DNA of 64,000 bases, from the NCBI GenBank assembly GCA_038217285.1, contig JBBQPO010000002.1:1-64000 (forward strand), read 5' to 3'. Shown here one piece after another: positions 57,811-64,000 of the stretch. Numbering within the stretch: position 1 is the first letter of the stretch; each line of letters starts with the position of its first letter. This DNA is from Chthonomonadales bacterium. Lineage in GTDB: Bacteria > Armatimonadota > Chthonomonadetes > Chthonomonadales > Chthonomonadaceae. A program made the position numbers and the translations under genes. The notes under the pieces are model-generated. The model made no database searches. It was not told the origin of the DNA and worked only from the letters and a program-made list of their open reading frames with translations.

Positions 57811-57998
57811 GAGCGTGTTTAGGGATGCTTGTGAACCGGGGTTGAAACCCCGTTCTACATTTACGAAGTCCACCTGCGTGGACTCCCAACGCAGAAGCCA
57901 ACCGCTCGTTGTGTGTGGGGGCAGCCCGCGAAGGCGGGCTTTGCAATCGTAGACCGGCACTTCAGTGCCGTATGCTGGCGTATTTGCTAGACATGCTC
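57811..57998. mobile_element. 188-bp MITE carrying REP-like hairpins
   Basis: TIRs GAGCGTGTTTAG / CTAGACATGCTC; TAA on both sides; internal CGGGGTTGAAACCCCG, GTCCACCTGCGTGGAC, AGCCCGCGAAGGCGGGCT. Confidence 0.7.
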
Positions 57999-58077
57999 TA
58001 ACGAAATAGCCCTGGAAGTTCAGGCACAGTGTCGGATACTGCGTACTATGTCTCCCAATGTAAGGAAAGACCGACTG

Positions 58078-59562
58078 ATGGCAAATGAGATCGAAAAAAT
58101 CGTTCGTGGGGAAGGCCACTTTCGCCCGGCCCTCTCCCGGCGTGAGTTCCTGACCCGCGCCGGAACGGGCTTCGGCAGTCTGGCGCTGAGTTTTCTGCTC
58201 GCGCAGGACGCGATGGCGGATGCGAAAGCCGGTTCGAAAGCCCGCTACAATCCGCTGACGCCCAAAGCCCCGATGTTTCCGACAAAAGCCAAATCGGTTA
58301 TCTTTTTGTTCATGTACGGTGGCCCGAGTCAGGTAGATACGTTCGATCCCAAGCCTGATCTGGAAAAATATCATGGCAAGAGTATGAACACCGTCCTCCA
58401 GAACGTGGGAGAGGTGAAGACGTTCGGCGGCGGCGGCAACGCGCCCCTGATGCGAAGCCCCTACAAGTTCCAGAAGTACGGTAAGTCGGGTATCGAGGTC
58501 TCCGACCTCTACCCGAATGTGGCGCAGTGCGTGGACGATATGTGCTTTGTCCGCTCGATTTACGGCGACAGCAACAACCACGCCCCCGCTCTCTTTGAAA
58601 TGAATACCGGCTCGATCTTGCAGGGACACCCTTCGGTCGGGTCGTGGGTGACGTATGGTCTCGGCTCCCAGAATCAGGACCTGCCCGGCTTCGTCGTCAT
58701 GACGGATCATCGAGGTGGCCCGATTGGCGGAGCACCGAACTGGTCTTCCGGCTTCATGCCTGCCACCTACCAGGGAACCCTCTTCCGCGCTTCAGGAACC
58801 CCTATACTCGACCTCAGCCCCGGTGAAGGTGTCTCGGCGGCGGAACAGCGCAGCAGTCTCGACCTGCTGGCGAAGATGAACGAAGAGCATCTGCACAACA
58901 ACCCCGGTGACAGCGAACTCGAAGCCCGCATCGGAGCCTACGAACTCGCCTACCGGATGCAGGCCCATGCTCCCGAAGTCGTAGACATCTCGAAGGAGAC
59001 CGAAGAGACGAAAGCCCTCTATGGCCTTGACAATCAGCGCACGGAGAAGTTCGGACGGAAATGCCTTATGGCGCGGCGGCTGGTGGAGCGCGGCGTTCGA
59101 TTTATTCAAATCTACAGCGGCGGCGGACACGGCGACGATACCTGGGACGCGCACGGCGACATCGTGGGCAATCACGGTAAACACGCCGGGGACACCGACA
59201 AACCGATAGCCGGGCTGCTGAAAGACCTGAAGCGGCGCGGACTGCTCGACAGTACGCTGGTCGTCTGGGGCGGTGAGTTCGGGCGGATGCCGATCTCGCA
59301 GGGCAGCACCGGGCGCGACCACAACCCCGGCGTCCAGACGGTTTGGATGGCGGGCGGCGGCGTCAAAGGCGGCACGGTAATTGGCTCTTCGGATGAGGTC
59401 GGGTATAAGGCCGGGACAGACCCCTACCATATCCGCGACCTTCATGCGACTATTCTGCACGGGATGGGCCTGAACGACATGGCCCTGACCTATCTCTACA
59501 ATGGCCGTTTCCAGCGTCTGACCGAGAATGGCGGCAAAGTCATCAAAGGCGCTTTTGCATAA
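58078..59562 (+). CDS. DUF1501 protein with Tat signal
   Basis: SRREFL; KSVIFLFMYGGPSQVDTFDPKP; ARRLVERGVRF; WDAH; GEFGR; RDHN. Confidence 0.9.
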   Translation: MANEIEKIVRGEGHFRPALSRREFLTRAGTGFGSLALSFLLAQDAMADAKAGSKARYNPLTPKAPMFPTKAKSVIFLFMYGGPSQVDTFDPKPDLEKYHGKSMNTVLQNVGEVKTFGGGGNAPLMRSPYKFQKYGKSGIEVSDLYPNVAQCVDDMCFVRSIYGDSNNHAPALFEMNTGSILQGHPSVGSWVTYGLGSQNQDLPGFVVMTDHRGGPIGGAPNWSSGFMPATYQGTLFRASGTPILDLSPGEGVSAAEQRSSLDLLAKMNEEHLHNNPGDSELEARIGAYELAYRMQAHAPEVVDISKETEETKALYGLDNQRTEKFGRKCLMARRLVERGVRFIQIYSGGGHGDDTWDAHGDIVGNHGKHAGDTDKPIAGLLKDLKRRGLLDSTLVVWGGEFGRMPISQGSTGRDHNPGVQTVWMAGGGVKGGTVIGSSDEVGYKAGTDPYHIRDLHATILHGMGLNDMALTYLYNGRFQRLTENGGKVIKGAFA

Positions 59563-59680
59563 CGGCCCTAACGTGGTGTATAATAGAAGTAACAGGCAGC
59601 CGAATGCAGGCAGGTGAACGCGAAATCGTCTCACCTGCCTGCATTTGCTTCGGCCTGCATTTTTACGATGAGGTGAAACG

Positions 59681-60481
59681 GTGAGTCGTCTGGATGAGCG
59701 GTTCGGGGCGCTGCGGGAACGGGGCGAGAAGGCGTTGATCTGTTTTGTGACGGCGGGCGACCCGGATGCGGCGCGAACCGTCGCGGTCGTGAAGGCGCTG
59801 GCAGAAGCGGGCGTGGATGCCGTCGAGATCGGCCTGCCGTTCAGCGACCCCCTGGCGGACGGGCCGAGCATTCAAGCCTCTTCCCAACGCGCTCTGGACA
59901 ATGGAATGACTATCGTCAAGGCGCTGGCAATGGTCGCGGAGATTCGCGCTGCCTGCCCCACCCTGCCGCTTATCCTGATGACCTACTTCAACCCGATTCG
60001 TTACTACGGTCTGGGGCGGTACGCACAGGATGCGAAGGCGCAGGGCGCAGACGCCCACATCGTCACCGACCTGACCCCCGAAGAGGCCGGGGAGTGGAAG
60101 CGGGCGTCGGTGGCGCATGGACTGGACACTGTCTTTCTGCTCGCCCCTACCAGCACCGCAGACCGCATTGAGGTCGTCTCGAAACTCACTACGGGGTTTG
60201 TCTACTGCGTCTCTCGTACCGGTGTCACCGGCGCCAGACAGGACATTCCCGCCGAGCTTACGGATGTCGTGGGGCGCATCAAGGCCCACACCTCCGCGCC
60301 GGTCTGCGTCGGGTTTGGCGTCTCTACCCCCGATCACGTTCGCCATATCTGCGCCTTCGCGGACGGAGTTGTCGTCGGCAGCGCCCTCGTCAACCTCATC
60401 CACAAGCATCGCGACGACAGCGACCTGACGGGCCTTGTCTACGATTTCGCCTCCACGCTCAAAGCCGCAACCAGAGCCTGA
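59681..60481 (+). CDS. trpA: Tryptophan synthase alpha subunit
   Basis: TAGDP, EIGLPFSDPLADGPSIQ, YCVSRTGVTG, VGFGVS, DGVVVGSA. Confidence 0.97.
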   Translation: MSRLDERFGALRERGEKALICFVTAGDPDAARTVAVVKALAEAGVDAVEIGLPFSDPLADGPSIQASSQRALDNGMTIVKALAMVAEIRAACPTLPLILMTYFNPIRYYGLGRYAQDAKAQGADAHIVTDLTPEEAGEWKRASVAHGLDTVFLLAPTSTADRIEVVSKLTTGFVYCVSRTGVTGARQDIPAELTDVVGRIKAHTSAPVCVGFGVSTPDHVRHICAFADGVVVGSALVNLIHKHRDDSDLTGLVYDFASTLKAATRA

Positions 60482-60491
60482 ACCCATCCGA

Positions 60492-60830
60492 CTATTTGCC
60501 CTGCCAGAACGTCAGCACCAGTCCGCCTGCGACAATCAGCCCGCCTCCGAGGAGCGTGGGCAGCCGCAGGCGTTCCTGAAACGCGGCGACGGCAACAACT
60601 TGTGACACGACAAAGAAGACCGCAATATAGACGCCCATCAGCCGCCCGAAGTCCCACTTCGGCAGGTTGACAACGATTCCATAGGTGAGCAGCAGCAGCC
60701 CGCCCACGACGAATCCCGCCCGCTTGCCCTGCAAGCCCGCCCGCATCCCCGCATCGCCACCGGCCTCCAGCAGCGCCGACAGCGTCAGCAGCGCCAGCAG
60801 TTGAACCGCTTTCCAGGCTTTTATCGGCAT
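60492..60830 (-). CDS. Small four-TM membrane protein (YnfA/SMR-like)
   Basis: LEAGGD, FGRLMGVY. Confidence 0.75.
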   Translation of the reverse strand: MPIKAWKAVQLLALLTLSALLEAGGDAGMRAGLQGKRAGFVVGGLLLLTYGIVVNLPKWDFGRLMGVYIAVFFVVSQVVAVAAFQERLRLPTLLGGGLIVAGGLVLTFWQGK

Positions 60831-60890
60831 TCCCTTTTCTCCCCATCTCTCCCGATATAGGACCTCTCAGGAGCGGTCCTTCTCATTCGA

Positions 60891-62075
60891 TTAAAAGTCA
60901 TCGTTGATCCAGGTGGGCGGACCGTCCAGAAGACTGCATAGCGCCTGATAGCCCGCTTCGGCATGAACAGTGATGATCTCGGCTGCCCGCAGTTCCTCCA
61001 GCAAGGGCGCACCGAAGAAGGCTTGCGTCAGTTGGCGGATGTCCATCTCGATCTCCGGGGCATCGGCGGTCGCTGCGATTTCTACCGTTCCCTCCGCAAA
61101 CCCTATCCGCCAGGTGCGGGCATTCCAGGGCGCGTGGGTATCCCGAACGGCGACACGTACCGCTCCATTGAGGCTCTTCCCCGGTTGGAGGCAGGCCAGA
61201 GCGCCCGGCACGTCCACGATTCGCGCCATCTGCATCGGGGCCAGTTTGGTTTCCAGTTTCCAGTCCAGAAAATGATTCCAGAGGCCGTCGTCTGGCGGGG
61301 CGTTCCAGGCGAACTTCTTGACCTGCATCTCATGGCGGCGGAGCAGGCCGAGCAGACCACGCCGCGCACGGGGCGTGAGTGTCAAAAACTCCCGGATGCG
61401 TGTCTGTTCTTCCTTCCAGCCGTAAAAGACGAGATAGCCCTCCATCACGCCTTCCTTTTCGTAAACGAACGCATAGGCGTGTTTCTGCTTTCGATCTTCG
61501 AGCAGCCGCTTCCACATCGCCTCCGACCGAACCAGCATTCCCCGATAGCGGCCTGCAAACCGCGTGTAGAGCGCTTCGATGCCGGGCTTATCGTCGGGAG
61601 TGGAGGCGCGAACCGACTCCGTCTCTGGGTCAGGCCGCAAAACGCGGGAATGCACGGTGTACTGCCGCCGTACTCCCGTCCAGTCCCATCCGAGGTTCTG
61701 ATAGAAGCTCCAACTGAACGGAGACAGCACGGAAGTGACCTGTCCGGCCTCGCGCATCCGTTCCAGCGCGTACCGGATCGCATCGCCCGCGTAGCCTTTG
61801 CCCCGCGCCGCCGGAAGGCAGGCAACTCCGCCCACTGCCCCCATCGGCACTTGCACCTCTGGCCCGAACTGGAGTTTGCAGTCCGTAACCAGCACGGCCG
61901 CCTGCAAACCTGCGGCATCAAAAAGACCGAAGGTGATGTTGCGTCCTTTCAACATCTCTTCCATCTTGTGCCACTCTTCCATCTCCAGATCGCCCTTTTC
62001 AAATGCTTGCGACCACAGAACCGCTGCCTGCTCCTGTTCGTCGTCCGCAAGCGGGCGTATCTCCACTGTCGCCAT
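60891..62075 (-). CDS. Eis-family GNAT acetyltransferase
   Basis: GVACLPAARGKGYA, FYQNLGW, MARIVDV, SCP-like C-terminus ending NDDF. Confidence 0.9.
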   Translation of the reverse strand: MATVEIRPLADDEQEQAAVLWSQAFEKGDLEMEEWHKMEEMLKGRNITFGLFDAAGLQAAVLVTDCKLQFGPEVQVPMGAVGGVACLPAARGKGYAGDAIRYALERMREAGQVTSVLSPFSWSFYQNLGWDWTGVRRQYTVHSRVLRPDPETESVRASTPDDKPGIEALYTRFAGRYRGMLVRSEAMWKRLLEDRKQKHAYAFVYEKEGVMEGYLVFYGWKEEQTRIREFLTLTPRARRGLLGLLRRHEMQVKKFAWNAPPDDGLWNHFLDWKLETKLAPMQMARIVDVPGALACLQPGKSLNGAVRVAVRDTHAPWNARTWRIGFAEGTVEIAATADAPEIEMDIRQLTQAFFGAPLLEELRAAEIITVHAEAGYQALCSLLDGPPTWINDDF

Positions 62076-62283
62076 CGTCGCCATCTCCTTTTGCCCATCG
62101 CATTTCCCCTGACGTCTTGCTGGCTCCTCCGTTTTCTGCTGCGGGGAGGAGGAGCCTGAAAGCCTTGTGGCCGGCGTTGTGTAAGACGCATCACACGCTT
62201 GTGTGCGCCATATCACAGACGCTGCCTCGCCGCCCCTTTATACTATGGGTATCACTGTGCTGTATCGAAAGGGAACCACCAAA

Positions 62284-63366
62284 ATGCAAACACGTCGCTC
62301 ACTGATTCTCGTGCTGCTTCTCGCCGCCATGACGCTGCCCGCGCTGTGCCGCGCCGACTCGGAACCGATGGTTCTGAAGGCAAGTCTGCGGATTAACACC
62401 AGCAAATTTCTGCGCTACTTCACCACGCCTACCGCCAAAGAGCCGGTCTACAACACGACCGCCTGGGTGCCGCGTCTGTCGTTCACCATCGCCGGGCCGC
62501 TCGCCGGGGGCAGTCAACTCAGCATCACCTTTAACAAGCCGGACGGAACTCCCTGGCTGAATATGCCGCTCACGACGCCGGAAATCCCTGAAAACGAGTA
62601 TGCGGGCATCAACAACCAGAGTATCTCGAACGAATATCTGGAGAAGCGGGCCACCATCGTCACCGGGCTTTTCTCCTACAGTATCCACCTCAAAAACGCC
62701 CTCGCCGGTACCGAGAAAACCCTGATGTCGGGCAAGTTCAAGGTCGGCAAGTTCCACTACGGCAACGCGCTGCCCGAGTACAAAAATCAGAACGAGTACT
62801 TCATTGACCACGACTGGACACTGCCCATCGGCACGATGGGTTTCGATGATCGCCCGGATGTCGAAGCCCCGCAACTGCACGCCGCCATGTGGTTCCGAGG
62901 CGTTCTGGATACGACTACCCTGACAGGCTATGTCTTCTACAAGGGCAAACAGATTTGCAGCACGAAGACGCAGGGCAGCCTCGGTATCAAAGACGATATG
63001 TGTACACCCGGCGCACAGGCCGATCCCCGTTGGCAGCGCTGGCTGTTCAATTTCAGCAGCATCGCCTCCACGAACAAGATGACGAGCGCCGGACAATACC
63101 CGGACACCCATTTCCTCGACAAGAATCCCGGCGTCTACGAGATCAAAATTCTGCGTGACGGCAAGCTCGCCCGCACCGCCACCTTCACGGTCGGCGAGGA
63201 CGGCAAAGTCGTGGACAACGGTCTGAACGCGAAAAACAAAATCGGCGGCACCTACTTCATGCTCCCGGTCAAAGTCATTCCCGGCACCGACGGCAAAGCC
63301 GTCCTGACCACCTATACCACGGACTCCTTCTATGGCAATCCCATCACCGGCTTCCCCGCGCCGTAG
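62284..63366 (+). CDS. Secreted hypothetical protein
   Basis: Signal peptide; strongly biased codon usage; two similar beta-rich halves. Confidence 0.75.
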   Translation: MQTRRSLILVLLLAAMTLPALCRADSEPMVLKASLRINTSKFLRYFTTPTAKEPVYNTTAWVPRLSFTIAGPLAGGSQLSITFNKPDGTPWLNMPLTTPEIPENEYAGINNQSISNEYLEKRATIVTGLFSYSIHLKNALAGTEKTLMSGKFKVGKFHYGNALPEYKNQNEYFIDHDWTLPIGTMGFDDRPDVEAPQLHAAMWFRGVLDTTTLTGYVFYKGKQICSTKTQGSLGIKDDMCTPGAQADPRWQRWLFNFSSIASTNKMTSAGQYPDTHFLDKNPGVYEIKILRDGKLARTATFTVGEDGKVVDNGLNAKNKIGGTYFMLPVKVIPGTDGKAVLTTYTTDSFYGNPITGFPAP

Positions 63367-63503
63367 CCATAACCCGAAGGTTTGCCGGGGGTTAGAGGGC
63401 AGTTGGCCGGAGGTTGAAAACCCTATGCGCTAACTCACGGCTTCCGGCGCAGGTATCTGTTCCTGTTTGAGCATGAGCGCTCGCTCGCTCGCTACACTGG
63501 GGT

Positions 63504-63739
63504 GACCTCATCCCCCAGCCCCCTTCTCCCGGGCGGTCGCAGGCTCCCTGGGAGAAGGGGGCTTTTCAGGCTTGCGAATGTCCTGGCGTGTTCGTTGCTA
63601 TCAGAGAGGGAGGAGGGGGAGAAGAGGGAGAGGGATTGTCCTTCTCTTTTGCTTCTGCGTCCTCAACATTACTCCTGCATTTGCCACTCTCCCAGGGAGC
63701 CTGCGATCGTCTGGGAGAAGGGGGTTGGGGGATGAGGTC
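63504..63739. repeat. Inverted pair of 52-bp REP/CIR-like repeats
   Basis: 63504-63555 vs reverse complement of 63688-63739, 4 mismatches; each arm has a TCTCCC...GGGAGA hairpin. Confidence 0.8.
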
Positions 63740-63870
63740 CTCCAAGCCGGGCATAGCGTTCAAAGTGCCTAAGTTAGCGCCTATGGGGTGCCCCCCCCGG
63801 CCAACAGCCAGCAACGCCCTCGAATCACTGCCAACCAACAGGGCATTTCCGTCTGGAAGACGTTTGCACT

Positions 63871-64000
63871 TTAATGACGGGGGTTTTCAACCCCCGGTAC
63901 GGATAGAGGATTATTCTCCTTCTGCCAGCGCTCGTAGATGTCGGCGATGACGTTGTCAATCTGGCCGCGATGGGTTTCGACATCGAGAAGGCGAGTCTGT
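63871..64000 (-). CDS. 3' end of a gene entering from the right
   Basis: Open frame ..RLLDVETHRGQIDNVIADIYERWQ..; product not assignable with confidence. Confidence 0.45.
   Translation of the reverse strand, partial: QTRLLDVETHRGQIDNVIADIYERWQKENNPLSVPGVENPRH

Noticed and set aside
56986-60487. Long minus-strand ORFs 56986-58710, 58792-59871, 59663-60487
   Set aside because: Antisense shadows of the GC-biased DUF1501 and trpA genes.
1-64000. CRISPR array, rRNA, intact tRNA
   Set aside because: No regularly spaced repeat-spacer array or structural RNA gene seen. The promoter palindromes are irregularly spaced and gene-linked.

Overview
About 1-49,963 is the right-hand part of a large integrated element, bounded by a duplicated 3' half of tRNA-Lys(CTT) at 49,917-49,963. 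No intact integrase or intact tRNA is visible; both would lie left of the window. About 50-64 kb is ordinary chromosome (tricorn/S41 protease, radC, frameshifted sensor kinase, DUF1501, trpA, Eis). The element has three parts. (i) Decayed cargo, 1-22 kb: cheB, GH32, a copper/metal cluster, several tiny TA-duplicating MITEs, an IS630-type transposase, and a BTAD-AAA_35 / AAA_35-TM-WD40 pair facing a beta-helix gene and a PEP-CTERM gene. (ii) A co-oriented 'early' region, 22-38 kb: acyltransferase + 7TM + XRE, an MmeI-like RM enzyme, DUF932, a stand-alone MutS-I domain, three paralogous unknowns, and seven promoters sharing a G(G/T)TGC-N6-GCA(C/A)C palindrome 27-29 bp upstream of a -10 box. (iii) The most interesting part, 38-48 kb: a BTAD-ATPase-TPR regulator divergent from GGDEF > HORMA > unknown > Pch2/TRIP13 AAA+ > coiled-coil > VirD4-like ATPase > replication-relaxation protein. 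This is the HORMA/TRIP13 regulatory pair of type III CBASS with no CD-NTase or effector in view, placed next to a DNA-mobilisation module. All family assignments are by-eye motif recognition; no database searches were run.
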